Assembly: GCA_965279515.1 (NCBI GenBank)
Contig: CBDIID010000003.1
Span: 1,440,001-1,504,000, forward strand
Origin: Turneriella sp.
Lineage (GTDB): Bacteria > Spirochaetota > Leptospiria > Turneriellales > Turneriellaceae
Length of the DNA stretch: 64,000 nt
Reading direction: 5' to 3'
Shown: piece by piece, positions 9,210-19,379 of the stretch
Numbering within the stretch: position 1 is the stretch's first letter
How the letters are laid out: each line of letters starts with the position of its first letter
The notes under the pieces: model-generated
Databases searched by the model: none
What the model saw: only the letters and a program-made list of their open reading frames with translations
Told to the model about the DNA's origin: nothing
Position numbers and translations under genes: made by a program

Positions 9210-10331
9210 ATGACCGACCATATTGGCCTATTGTGTACATCAGAATCGCGGGGTGGCCTAGAACTCAATGTCATCCGCATGGCCCGCTGGCTTACGGAAA
9301 TGGGTTGTGTTATCGTCATTCTCGGTAAGCCGGGAACCGAAATCGAATATCTATCGGCGAAGCATGCCCTCAGGTTTCTGCCTATCGACCCCGGCCCCAA
9401 ATATTTTGACCTGCGTGCGGGATGGCGACTAAGGCGGATCATCCGCGGCTACAACCTCAAAATTATTCTGGTAAATACCACGGCTGACATCGGCCGCGCC
9501 GTTCTCGGAAAGATCTTTTCACTCGGATCTGCTCACGTGGTTTATCTGCAAAATATGCAGATCGGCATTAAGAAAACGGATCCATTCCATAGCTGGCTGT
9601 ATAACCGCCTGGATGCGTGGATATCCCCATTGCCTTTCATGGCCGACCAGGTACGCAGGCTCACGAGGCTCAACCGTAAAAAAATATTTCAGTTTCCCCT
9701 CGGCATCGAACTCGATCGTTTCATCGAAAACAAACCGCATCAAACCGAGGCCCGCTGGAAGCTGGGCCTGCCCCACAATTCCATACTTGCCGGCGTGATT
9801 GGCAGAATCGACCGCCAAAAAGAGCAGGACCTGTTGCTCAGGGCTGCAGCGCGCCTCATTCACAATAATTATCCCCTCGACATTCTGATCTTGGGCGAAG
9901 CCACGCTGCATGAGGCCGACAGTTATGCACAAGAGCTGAAGGCCCTCAGCAGGAGCCTCGACATTGAAAACCATGTGCATTTCAGGCCCTTCATCGAAGA
10001 TATCGAGACTGCGCATGCGGCGCTGGATATCTTTGTTCTGCCCTCGCGCAATGAAACATTCGGCCTCGTTACGGTCGAAGCCATGGCAGCGGGCCTGCCC
10101 ATTATCGCGACGCGCAGCGGCGGTACACCGGAGATCATCTCAGACCACGAAGAGGGCTTGCTGATCACCCCTGGCAATGTCGGCGAACTGGCCGCTGCGC
10201 TTAAACTGCTCATGCGCTTTCCCGATCTGCGCCAGCATTTCGGCAAGGCGGCACGCCGCAAGGCTGTCGAATTTTTTTCCCATGCGCAGCAGTGTTTCGA
10301 CATGATGGCGCTATTCGAAAAAATTTCATGA
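9210..10331 (+). CDS. Glycosyltransferase family 4
   Basis: GGLE, GRIDRQK, ETFGLVTVEAMAAGLPII, GGTPEII. Confidence 0.92.
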   Translation: MTDHIGLLCTSESRGGLELNVIRMARWLTEMGCVIVILGKPGTEIEYLSAKHALRFLPIDPGPKYFDLRAGWRLRRIIRGYNLKIILVNTTADIGRAVLGKIFSLGSAHVVYLQNMQIGIKKTDPFHSWLYNRLDAWISPLPFMADQVRRLTRLNRKKIFQFPLGIELDRFIENKPHQTEARWKLGLPHNSILAGVIGRIDRQKEQDLLLRAAARLIHNNYPLDILILGEATLHEADSYAQELKALSRSLDIENHVHFRPFIEDIETAHAALDIFVLPSRNETFGLVTVEAMAAGLPIIATRSGGTPEIISDHEEGLLITPGNVGELAAALKLLMRFPDLRQHFGKAARRKAVEFFSHAQQCFDMMALFEKIS

Positions 10332-11533
10332 ATAAAAGTTCGCGTGACGCGGTCGCGCTGATACGCCTGGGCTCTCTCGGTGATGTACTCATCGCCACGC
10401 CGGCTTTGCGCGAAACCATCCAAAAATTTTCAGGTAAACCCGTCTACGTGGTTGGCTCATCTCTCTGGCTGAAAATTTTATCGCCCCGGATGTGGCCCGA
10501 AGTTTCAGGGGTGCTTACGATGACGAAAAAGGGTCGCGAGGCGAGGCTTTACCGGCCCGAAGGAGATCTCTGGAGAGCCGCAGAAGAAAAGATAACCATC
10601 ATGCAATTGCTGCACCGCTGCGCGGTGACCGTGAATCTGCGTATCGATTCTTTCCGGTTCTTATCTCTGGCGTGGTTTGCCCGTGTACCACGCCGCCACG
10701 GCACATGCCCGTGGTATCTGAAATTTCTGGTCACGCACTGGTCGCCGTGGCTGAATCAGACCGCCGCCATCCATGAACGCGACCGCTTGCTGCGCATCGT
10801 CGATGCGCCCAGGCGCAGGTTGTTCCCATTGGGGCTCGAATCACAAAACCGCAGGAACTTGTTCCTTAACCCGGAAGCACCGGCTGGCGACGGCGGGCGC
10901 GGTGCTGCCGCAGATTACGCGACGCCGCTACAGGCAGCATGGCCGAAAACTACGCTGCCGTACATATGGCTGAGGCGCGGCTTACCGCAGCTTGCAAAGG
11001 CCGACACGAGGGTGCTCCGGGACAAATTCCATCTCGAAGCGAAATCCTATTGGCTGGTTAATCCGACTTCCAGCCTGGTTGAAAAGGCATGGCCCGCCGA
11101 CAGATTTCGTATTTTCTGCGCGCAGTATGCAGCGACTCTCAAGAAGAGAAAAAAATCGCTGGTTATCACCGGCGCTCCTCATGAGACAGACTGGCTGAAG
11201 AGCGTTGCTACCGGGGACTTCCGGGTTATTCAACCGCATACTTTCACAGATCTCTTGCAACTCGTCGCCGGTGCCGAAGTGCTGATCACAAATACCAGTT
11301 CCCTGCAGTTCATAGCGGCGGCGACTTTGACCCCTGCAATCACACTGGTCGGTCGGGCGACACCGGCCCGGTGGGGGCCGGTGGGACCAAACGATATCAG
11401 TGTTTGGGGCCAACTGCCGAAAAACTTCAGGGGCAATTTCCGCGAGCAGGAGATCGCTTCATATGAAGAGATCTCCGTTGATCAGTTACGGGCAGCGGCG
11501 CAAAAGATGACGGAGCGCTTAAACCAGCTTTAA
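10328..11533 (+). CDS. Glycosyltransferase family 9 (heptosyltransferase-like)
   Basis: IRLGSLGDVLIATP, KAWP, P.RWGP; ATGA overlap with GT4 gene. Confidence 0.85.
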   Translation: MNKSSRDAVALIRLGSLGDVLIATPALRETIQKFSGKPVYVVGSSLWLKILSPRMWPEVSGVLTMTKKGREARLYRPEGDLWRAAEEKITIMQLLHRCAVTVNLRIDSFRFLSLAWFARVPRRHGTCPWYLKFLVTHWSPWLNQTAAIHERDRLLRIVDAPRRRLFPLGLESQNRRNLFLNPEAPAGDGGRGAAADYATPLQAAWPKTTLPYIWLRRGLPQLAKADTRVLRDKFHLEAKSYWLVNPTSSLVEKAWPADRFRIFCAQYAATLKKRKKSLVITGAPHETDWLKSVATGDFRVIQPHTFTDLLQLVAGAEVLITNTSSLQFIAAATLTPAITLVGRATPARWGPVGPNDISVWGQLPKNFRGNFREQEIASYEEISVDQLRAAAQKMTERLNQL

Positions 11534-13135
11534 GAGCTTAGGCAAGCGCCACGGTTTCATCAGGTGCGCGCAGGTGGCAACGCCGCCCATCATCGCCCCG
11601 GCGATACCAAGCGATGTCGTATCGGCACCGGTGAGATAAAGATTTTTCACGGGCGTATGCACCTGGCACCACGGTGACGCGCTTGTATCAAAACGTTCGG
11701 GCACACTCGCCAGGCCATAGATAGAACCCTGATCGTGGCTCGTCATATATTCCGTTGTGATGGGCGTCGAAGTCTCATGGAAATCCACAAGGTCTGCAAA
11801 ACCCTTATACCGCTCATCGACGAACCGGATTAACAACTCTGTAGCCTTTTCTTTCAGGTTTTTGTACGCCTCTTCACGCTTATGCCAGGGCTGGTCTTTC
11901 CAGGCTGCGTATTCGCCGTAGGGAGCGAAGGTAATAATCTCCGCAGTATGCCCCTCGGCCTTCGGGTCTTTTAAGGAGGGAAGAGAAAGGTAAGCCATCG
12001 GTGGCCGGCCCTTTTTGACCCAGTCGATGCGGTTTGCGAAAGTGATATCGTGGTCATAGTTATCGTAGATCCAGTGGTTCTCGCCTTTGAGGCCAAGCGT
12101 CGCTGCGCTGTCCTTGAGCGCTAAATAGACGCTGATGTGCGATACAGGGGGATTACGTCTGTTGAAGTCGATAATACGCTCTTTGAAGTCGGCGGTCTCA
12201 TCTCCGGAAAGCAGTTTCACATAGGTGTTGTATGCACCCGCGCATGATATGATGGTCTTCGCCTTAAAGATGATATCCTCGTCTTTGTTCTGTCCCCGCA
12301 GATTTCTGGCTCGCACGCCGACGGCTTTCCCGTTCTCGACGATGATTTCCTGAACGGCATGGTTCTCGAGTACCTTGCCGCCCTTCGCTTCGATAATCGG
12401 CACGATCGCTTCGGCAATCGCTTCCGACGAACCCACAGGGTATGCCGCGCCCTTAAAGAAATGATTCACGAGTATCGCGTGGATACAGAACGCACTTTGT
12501 GAAGGCGGCAGCCCAAAATCGCCCCACTGGCTCGCCACCAGCGAGCGCAATTTCGCGCTCCGAAAGCGCTGCTCGAGATACTCTTTCGTTGTCATGATTG
12601 CATACGGCACATCTTTCTGTATCAGGGGGCCAATCCACTTGAGCGCAAACGGCAGGCTCTTGCCGATCTCGGTGCGCTGAAACCAGATCAGCACATCCTG
12701 AATGTCGCTGAAGTAGATGGCGATGGCATCCTTTTCTTCGGGAAAAAGCGCCTCAAGATCAGCGCGGAAATTTTCAACACCGCTGCGGTGGCCGAACGTG
12801 AGGTCAGGATAAACAAACTTATCGAAGACATCGGGCATGGGGTTCCATTGCAGTTTGCCCTGCGTGATCGTGTCGAAAACCCGGCGTATCTGTTCACCCT
12901 CGCCCACCTGCCCGACATAGTGCAATCCGACATCCCAGACATATTTCTTTTTACGCTTAAAGACATGCGTATAACCGCCGACCTGCCAGTGTTTTTCGAG
13001 AATCAGGCAACGTTTATTCTCCCATTGCGAAAGCAGACTCGCGGCGGTCAGCGAACCGATGCCTGAGCCGATGAAGATGACGTCGTAATTCTGCATAGGG
13101 TCAGACAGATGATTAAACATGGGTTGACGAACCAT
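11519..13135 (-). CDS. Phytoene desaturase/retinol saturase-like FAD oxidoreductase
   Basis: IGSGIGSL, LEKHWQVGGYTH, DVGLHYVG, TPVKNLYLTG; start may be 13120 or 13096. Confidence 0.88.
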   Translation of the reverse strand: MVRQPMFNHLSDPMQNYDVIFIGSGIGSLTAASLLSQWENKRCLILEKHWQVGGYTHVFKRKKKYVWDVGLHYVGQVGEGEQIRRVFDTITQGKLQWNPMPDVFDKFVYPDLTFGHRSGVENFRADLEALFPEEKDAIAIYFSDIQDVLIWFQRTEIGKSLPFALKWIGPLIQKDVPYAIMTTKEYLEQRFRSAKLRSLVASQWGDFGLPPSQSAFCIHAILVNHFFKGAAYPVGSSEAIAEAIVPIIEAKGGKVLENHAVQEIIVENGKAVGVRARNLRGQNKDEDIIFKAKTIISCAGAYNTYVKLLSGDETADFKERIIDFNRRNPPVSHISVYLALKDSAATLGLKGENHWIYDNYDHDITFANRIDWVKKGRPPMAYLSLPSLKDPKAEGHTAEIITFAPYGEYAAWKDQPWHKREEAYKNLKEKATELLIRFVDERYKGFADLVDFHETSTPITTEYMTSHDQGSIYGLASVPERFDTSASPWCQVHTPVKNLYLTGADTTSLGIAGAMMGGVATCAHLMKPWRLPKLLKLV

Positions 13136-13177
13136 TAATAATGACAGTCGCGCTATTATTAATCGGGTAAAAAAAGT

Positions 13178-14272
13178 TTATTTAAGCTGAACGATCTCAG
13201 CAATCTGATCGGGAGGAATTTTAGTGCGATGCGTGGTCGTGTAATAAACCTCTTCGAGGCTGTTCTTTTTTGCAGCGTAGAGCGCAGTTCCGTTACGTAA
13301 AAAAACTTTAAAAACATTTGGATACGCAGATTCTAATCTCGTCAATTCAGCCAGCGACTTTTCTGAGCCCGCGGTTCCAATAACCGTGTATTCGATCCAC
13401 GGCAGTTCAGCCTTCTGTACGATTTCCCTCACAGGTTGCGCAATGCGCTCTTCCATTGGCTTTTCGGAGAATTTAGCAGTAATCCGGGCCAGCTCGCCAG
13501 GAGTGATCGGGCGCGGCGCGACTCCTTTGTCAGAGGAATATACGTAGCTGCTTTTCATAGCTGTCTTCGCACCATCTGCTGAGCTTATAAGAGAACTGCC
13601 ACTCAGCAAATAGACTTCAAATTTATTTTCTTTTGTACTAATATAAAGCTTTGTACCTATGATGTCGACGCGATAACCTGCGGGCAATTGAATTCCTCTT
13701 TTCCCCGAATAAGAGTGATCAAAGCTGAGCATGAACTGACCTTCGTGCAGCAGAATGTCTTTTGTACCTTTACCTGAAGCTAAGGAAAACACGCCACCAC
13801 GCACGGCAACCTCAAGACCAAAATCGGTACGCAGGCTGGAAGTATCGCCACGGAACTCGTCACGCTCGGCTATCGCAGTCTGAGAAGCCACGTCATAGCT
13901 GCAGCAGAGCAGCCCGGGTCGTTTTATCTGTGCGGCATGCGAAAGCCTGATCTTTTGATGTTCAGGAATCAGCCATTCATGGTAACGGTTTATGAAAAGC
14001 CCAAAAATTGCAAGAGCGCTGATTGCAAGCGCTGGAATGAAAACCGGTCGCGCCAGCCATGTCCCAATGCGCCGGAACAGGCTATCATTTTGCCGCACAA
14101 GGCCGGCGTTTAGCCATGTTAAAATTTCCGTGTTCCCGGCGTGGGTTGCCGGCCCGGGTACCAATGCCCGGCTGAGAAAACGTTCGCGCAGTTTTCGTCG
14201 CGCAGTTTCGCGCGAAAAATCTTTTTGATCTTCGGTGAGAGCATTCATCAGTTTTTCTAAATCGCTGGCCAT
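13178..14272 (-). CDS. FecR-like transmembrane anti-sigma factor
   Basis: Single TM, RVDIIGTKLY FecR-like segment; directly downstream of ECF sigma. Confidence 0.65.
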   Translation of the reverse strand: MASDLEKLMNALTEDQKDFSRETARRKLRERFLSRALVPGPATHAGNTEILTWLNAGLVRQNDSLFRRIGTWLARPVFIPALAISALAIFGLFINRYHEWLIPEHQKIRLSHAAQIKRPGLLCCSYDVASQTAIAERDEFRGDTSSLRTDFGLEVAVRGGVFSLASGKGTKDILLHEGQFMLSFDHSYSGKRGIQLPAGYRVDIIGTKLYISTKENKFEVYLLSGSSLISSADGAKTAMKSSYVYSSDKGVAPRPITPGELARITAKFSEKPMEERIAQPVREIVQKAELPWIEYTVIGTAGSEKSLAELTRLESAYPNVFKVFLRNGTALYAAKKNSLEEVYYTTTHRTKIPPDQIAEIVQLK

Positions 14273-14273
14273 G

Positions 14274-14879
14274 TTACGCAAATCTCTCGCCGATTTTCCG
14301 GCATAATCTTTGGAGGATGCGCGTGATTGTCGAGGGATGCACGTCCATAATTTCCCCAACTTCAGCAAGATTCATACCCTGCAGAATTTTCAATTCGAAA
14401 ATGTTCTTTTCATCGACAGAAAATTCAGCTTCGACATAATTCAGAATCTCGTCGATCAAGGTTTGGTTCAACAAATTCTCTTCAAACTCGTAGCTTAGGG
14501 ATTGCGGATTCACCACACTCAATAAAGCGATGTCTTCAAGCTGCTCTTTCTTTTTAACGACCTTATCAATACAATGGAAACGCGCAATTTTATAGAGCCA
14601 GGCGCGCGGGTTCTGTATCTGGTCAGCAGACTTCTTCAGGTGCGAGAGTGCCTTGCAATACACATCATGCACCAGATCACTCACGTCGTCTTCATTACGG
14701 GCATACTTGCGCACAAAGCCGGCAATTTCCTTCGAATGGAGCCGGTATAAACGGCAAATCAGATCCTCAACTCCGCTGCCAACACCCAGGCCAGACTGTA
14801 TGAAAGCCGCGGGATTCCCTTCCAATGGGCTACTCAAGGTTACCATATCTTCACATGCCCCGGTAAAGTCTATCAACAT
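14274..14879 (-). CDS. ECF RNA polymerase sigma factor
   Basis: DLVHDVY, RAWLYKIARFHCID, region-4 HTH MNLAEVGEIMDVHPSTITR. Confidence 0.88.
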   Translation of the reverse strand: MLIDFTGACEDMVTLSSPLEGNPAAFIQSGLGVGSGVEDLICRLYRLHSKEIAGFVRKYARNEDDVSDLVHDVYCKALSHLKKSADQIQNPRAWLYKIARFHCIDKVVKKKEQLEDIALLSVVNPQSLSYEFEENLLNQTLIDEILNYVEAEFSVDEKNIFELKILQGMNLAEVGEIMDVHPSTITRILQRLCRKIGERFA

Positions 14880-14929
14880 GTTTAGACATACCTAATCAGA
14901 CGACCGAAGCTGAATTTTTTGCAAAAAAG

Positions 14930-15871
14930 TTACAAGCGGAAGCGGATTCCGCCCTGAATCATGGGTGAAGCAATAAATAAATTTTTCTCATAATGGGTGG
15001 TTAAGCTGCCTGAAAATACGAAGGCTACTTTGTCAAAAAACCTGAAATCGAAGGACACAGAATAGGTTAGGATAAAAATTGCGGCCGACGAGGCCGGCGT
15101 TAAGGAAATATCCGTGGTCAGGATATCTGCCCTGCCCGTCATCACGCCGCCATAAATCTCCGGAGTCACCGAAGTATGACGACTCAGGTAAATGGAGTAA
15201 CCAATCCCGGCACGCGTCCAGCCGAGGTTTCCGTTATTGCGCGTAGAGACTGAGTAACCACCTGACGCTAAAATGACGAAGTGACTCTGTTTCGCAAAAT
15301 TTGCGCTGAGCGGCAGGCCTGCGTCAAGGCCAAACCAATAGAAGTTATCCCCCACAGACTTTCCCGTCACATCATTGGACGGGGATAACCTGCCATACCC
15401 GACCGTCGGTTTATACTGGATGCGCCGCGGCAGTGAAACATCCGGCGTTTCCGCCTGGCGCCGGGCACATTCTCCGAGAGCCTCAATAACGGCTGCTCTA
15501 TGCATTTCAATGGCGTTGCCCCGCTGTTGTGCCGAGTCTGCGACTGTTCTTCTTTCTGCAATCTTCTTTTCAGAAGGATCCATGATTTCCGTTACGAACG
15601 AGACACCGTCTTTTTTTTCGCTGAAATATCCGCGGACCCGGAAGGTTACGGGCGGATAAAGCGGGGCCCCGGATTCATTTTCATACACACGAAACAAGTT
15701 TTGTTTCTGCAATTCAAGAACAAGATTGCGCGTCAGGGTTTTACCCAGAAAATTTACGGAAGGCTTTTCCCCCTCCGGCATATAAACGAATACTTCGACA
15801 GACATCTGTTCCGCGGCGATAGCTCCGGTGAAAACAAGCCAGATTCCGAAGAGACAGTGAAGGTATCGCAT
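14930..15871 (-). CDS. Exported protein with C-terminal beta-barrel-like region
   Basis: Signal peptide; C-terminus GGIRFRL resembles an OMP beta-signal. Confidence 0.65.
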   Translation of the reverse strand: MRYLHCLFGIWLVFTGAIAAEQMSVEVFVYMPEGEKPSVNFLGKTLTRNLVLELQKQNLFRVYENESGAPLYPPVTFRVRGYFSEKKDGVSFVTEIMDPSEKKIAERRTVADSAQQRGNAIEMHRAAVIEALGECARRQAETPDVSLPRRIQYKPTVGYGRLSPSNDVTGKSVGDNFYWFGLDAGLPLSANFAKQSHFVILASGGYSVSTRNNGNLGWTRAGIGYSIYLSRHTSVTPEIYGGVMTGRADILTTDISLTPASSAAIFILTYSVSFDFRFFDKVAFVFSGSLTTHYEKNLFIASPMIQGGIRFRL

Positions 15872-15889
15872 AGGTTAGGCTGACGAACC

Positions 15890-16351
15890 TCAGTTATAGA
15901 TATACTGGCGGGTTCTCGCTAATGTTATGCGTGTATCAGGGGACGTGCTGGGGTAGTATACCAGCACATAAAAGACCCGAAACGGCAACGCAGTCGCACG
16001 AACACAACCCAGAATACAATTATAAAAGGTCCGCCCGCTATAATTACTCGTAATCGTTCCGGATGCACCGGTCAATTCAAAGTCAACAGCGTGGTCCGTG
16101 CCTCCCCTATTTGTATCATACAACCAGACTTCCACTTCATACCTGTCTTTAGCATTGTAGTTTTTGATATCCCACGAATAGGTTACAAACAAATTGCTAT
16201 TCTGGTCTACGCTGGATAATTCAGCAGGAGAAATGGACGAAACGGAAAGTTCTCCCTGAGGTTCGTTGGCATCCGGCAGCCGGGCCTCACAGCCAAAAAA
16301 AACTGCGGCTATCAGCAGTGTCCAAAAGATTTTTTGCATAACTCTTTGCAT
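15890..16351 (-). CDS. Lipoprotein
   Basis: LLIAAVFFG-C lipobox-like motif. Confidence 0.7.
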   Translation of the reverse strand: MQRVMQKIFWTLLIAAVFFGCEARLPDANEPQGELSVSSISPAELSSVDQNSNLFVTYSWDIKNYNAKDRYEVEVWLYDTNRGGTDHAVDFELTGASGTITSNYSGRTFYNCILGCVRATALPFRVFYVLVYYPSTSPDTRITLARTRQYIYN

Positions 16352-16393
16352 ATCCCCTCCGTGTTTCTTCTAAGCCATTGAAGTATCAGAACG

Positions 16394-17068
16394 TTAAAAC
16401 GCATAACCGACGGAAACCTCTGTGTCAATAGTGAGAAAGGTTCCAAAGAACCCCCTGAAGATGTCTTTTTCATCCTGATAACCGCTGATTGAATACTTAT
16501 ATTGGGTCGAATCAATGCCGGCACCTAAGCGAAGCACCAGAGTCAAACCTGAATCAAAAACCCAGCGATACCCGGCATTGATCCCCAAAATCTTATAAGT
16601 CGAAACAAAACCGATACGCGGTTGCGACGGACTCGAGGGTAACATTTTGGACGCATCCGATGTTCCAGTAATAGTTCCGCCGAGACTGCCGTATTTGCCG
16701 AAAATGCCAATGAATGGCGAGTTCATTTTTCGGAAGAAATGGAAGCGATAGTGTAGGGCAAGTGTATAGCCCTGCTCAATATTCCATGCAGCACTTTTTG
16801 AGCCACCTGAGAAAAAATTAAATTTATAATATCCGACATAACCGGCCTCGAACACGGCTCCATGCCGGCCGGCAAAAAGGCGCTCAAAATTAAAAAAATA
16901 CGAATTCAGAATAGCCCCTAAAGGCTGAACACTGATTGCATTTCTGACAGAATCTTTTTCAGGCGCCGCTGGATTTTCTGCTGCATGGAGAACGTTAAGG
17001 CACAATGACAATAATGACGCAGCAAAAACGGCCGAAAGTGTTTTTTTCACAGCCAATCTTTGCCGCAT
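16394..17068 (-). CDS. DUF3575-like outer-membrane beta-barrel protein
   Basis: NAISVQPL...FERLF...GYRWVF...SVGYAF (terminal Phe). Confidence 0.7.
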   Translation of the reverse strand: MRQRLAVKKTLSAVFAASLLSLCLNVLHAAENPAAPEKDSVRNAISVQPLGAILNSYFFNFERLFAGRHGAVFEAGYVGYYKFNFFSGGSKSAAWNIEQGYTLALHYRFHFFRKMNSPFIGIFGKYGSLGGTITGTSDASKMLPSSPSQPRIGFVSTYKILGINAGYRWVFDSGLTLVLRLGAGIDSTQYKYSISGYQDEKDIFRGFFGTFLTIDTEVSVGYAF

Positions 17069-17250
17069 TCTTCTATTCCTCTTCCGTTCAGACAGCCCAT
17101 CCAATGCCGGGCCAGAGCCCCATCGACAGTTAATATGACGACAGCAAGGCAAAAGCTTGCAAAAAAGTATCACCAAGGCCTGCCTTCGACCGGGATTTCC
17201 CCAAGAGAAAATCCGCTATCCGCTGAAAGCGAATTTAGGGTTCATGCGCC

Positions 17251-18204
17251 ATGGGTGCTGAAAACTGGAAACTTCATAACTTTGCAGGAAACGGAAAACC
17301 GATTGAATTTATTCGCGAAGGCTCAGGGACACCCGTGGTGCTCTGCCACGGCTTTCCCGAACTCTGGTATTCGTGGCGCAACCAGATCGGGCCGATTGCC
17401 GCCGCGGGCTTTCAGGTGATTGTGCCCAACATGCGCGGCTATGGCAACAGCTATACGCCAAAAGAAATTACCGAATACGCCTTTGAAAAAATTGCCGAAG
17501 ACATGGTTGCGCTGCTCGACCACCTCGGCCATAAACAGGCGGTCTTTATCGGCCATGATTTTGGCGGCGCGATCGTCTGGGTGCTGGGGCAACACCATGC
17601 CGATCGCGTGCGTGCGATTGCCAGCCTCAACACACCGTTTACACCCTACACGCGCCTGAACCCGCTCGACATGATCAAACGCCGTCCGGGAAAGTTTGCC
17701 TACCAGCTGTACTTTCAGGAACCGGGCGTGGCAGAACAAGAGCTCGGGCGCGATCTTACAGCGACATTCAACGCCGTTTTTAAAACGAGTAAAGATAAAT
17801 CAGAAAAGAATGCCATGTACCATACCGACAAGGTAGGCCGCGACGTAGGGTTTCTGGGAAAACCCGACGCATCGGCTTCTGATCTTTTGTCACCAGAGGA
17901 AATCCGCATCTATGCAGAAGCCTATCAGGCGCGTGGTTTTGCCGGGCCGCTCAACTGGTACCGCAATATGGAAGCCAACTGGCGGCTGGGTGAAACGACG
18001 CAGGGCAAAATTCTAGCGATGCCCTGCCTCATGATCACAGCGGCGGAAGATCCCGTTTTGCCGCCTAAATTTGCCGACGGTATGGAGAAGTATGTTACCA
18101 ACCTGAAGCGCCACAACCTCGAAGGTTGCGGCCATTGGTCGCAGCAGGAGAAACCAGAAGAAGTCACCCGGGTATTGCTCGAATGGTTAAAATCCCTGCC
18201 TTAA
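17251..18204 (+). CDS. Epoxide hydrolase-like alpha/beta hydrolase
   Basis: HGFPELWYSWR, GHDFGG, CGHWSQQEKP. Confidence 0.93.
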   Translation: MGAENWKLHNFAGNGKPIEFIREGSGTPVVLCHGFPELWYSWRNQIGPIAAAGFQVIVPNMRGYGNSYTPKEITEYAFEKIAEDMVALLDHLGHKQAVFIGHDFGGAIVWVLGQHHADRVRAIASLNTPFTPYTRLNPLDMIKRRPGKFAYQLYFQEPGVAEQELGRDLTATFNAVFKTSKDKSEKNAMYHTDKVGRDVGFLGKPDASASDLLSPEEIRIYAEAYQARGFAGPLNWYRNMEANWRLGETTQGKILAMPCLMITAAEDPVLPPKFADGMEKYVTNLKRHNLEGCGHWSQQEKPEEVTRVLLEWLKSLP

Positions 18205-19268
18205 GGACCGGTCGCGCTGTTTTTCTGGTAGTCGACTTTATGTTCTGTCACCGGCAATCCCAGGTATTCCGATAATTTTTTCTTATCCGAAATCACTGCC
18301 TCGTCCAGCTGCTCGAGCTTAATGGAGCCGATATCCTGGCAGAAATTCTGCGGACCTTCTTCGGCGCCGTCGAAGCCGGTTTTATCGGTAACCTGCACTA
18401 CAGAAGAAATACCGATCTGACCACTATTCTCAATCACCAGGAAACGCGCCTTCTCAGCTTTATGCACGTTCACCTTGAAAGCGGCACCTGCCTCGATCCA
18501 GCGCGAAAAAGTTCCCTTATAGCTGATACCGATCGAATAGACGGAGTAATTTTTTGCCTCACTGCCATCGGCCCTCACGACCTTACCCTTCGCACAGGCG
18601 CCTTCGGGTTTCGGCTTATCGAAGTTCCACCAGGTGTTCAGCGCATCGATGGTGTAGCGGCGCGTGCCGATACGAACGCCGTTGCCCTGTGAATCCTGGT
18701 TGTGCCCATGCAACTTCCAGTTCTTTTCGGCGTCGTGGCGGTAGACAAAAAAATCATCCCCCGCGACAATATTAGGGAACTGAATGCGCACCGCCTTGTT
18801 CGGCGCCAGCGCCACAGCGCCACCGGAAAGCTCATGCGCATTGACGCGGAACATACCCGCCGACTGGAACATTTCACGCCCGCCGCGGTCGGGATAAAAA
18901 GTCAGGTCGACATCGGCAGCAACAAAATCCAGCGGATCAATGACTTCGATGAGTTCCAGTTTCACCTTTTGCTTAACCTTACGCTGCTTGAAATCCACAA
19001 AGGCATACCCGGGTACGATGACCTGTGTTCCGCGCGAGGCCGTAAAGGTGCCACCAAGAGCCGCATCAACCTCGAACACGGTTTTCGCCGGTGCAAGAAT
19101 GCCCAGGATTTTCTGATATTTTGCATTTTTCTTTTTTATCTTCCCCGGTTCGTCGAGATAATGGTATTTATCTTTCTCTTCCCAGTTCCCGGCGGCCACG
19201 GGCAGCATGCCCGCCACGAGTATTATGCCGGCACCCCAAAGATAGATCCGGCGGTTCTTTTGCTGCAT
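18201..19268 (-). CDS. Secreted hypothetical protein
   Basis: Signal peptide; QSAGMF and WWNFDKP segments; divergent from AraC gene. Confidence 0.75.
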   Translation of the reverse strand: MQQKNRRIYLWGAGIILVAGMLPVAAGNWEEKDKYHYLDEPGKIKKKNAKYQKILGILAPAKTVFEVDAALGGTFTASRGTQVIVPGYAFVDFKQRKVKQKVKLELIEVIDPLDFVAADVDLTFYPDRGGREMFQSAGMFRVNAHELSGGAVALAPNKAVRIQFPNIVAGDDFFVYRHDAEKNWKLHGHNQDSQGNGVRIGTRRYTIDALNTWWNFDKPKPEGACAKGKVVRADGSEAKNYSVYSIGISYKGTFSRWIEAGAAFKVNVHKAEKARFLVIENSGQIGISSVVQVTDKTGFDGAEEGPQNFCQDIGSIKLEQLDEAVISDKKKLSEYLGLPVTEHKVDYQKNSATGP

Positions 19269-19379
19269 GTTTGAACACTAAAGCTACCATCGCTGTGTCG
19301 AGAAAAATTAATTCGGGATTTACATCCTGCGACCGGGCCATGCCTTTCACCTATTCCATTCACCCGCGAACACATACTT

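Noticed and set aside
13134..13163. ATTAATAAT-N12-ATTATTAAT inverted repeat
   Set aside because: Low-complexity AT sequence; could be an operator but unsupported.
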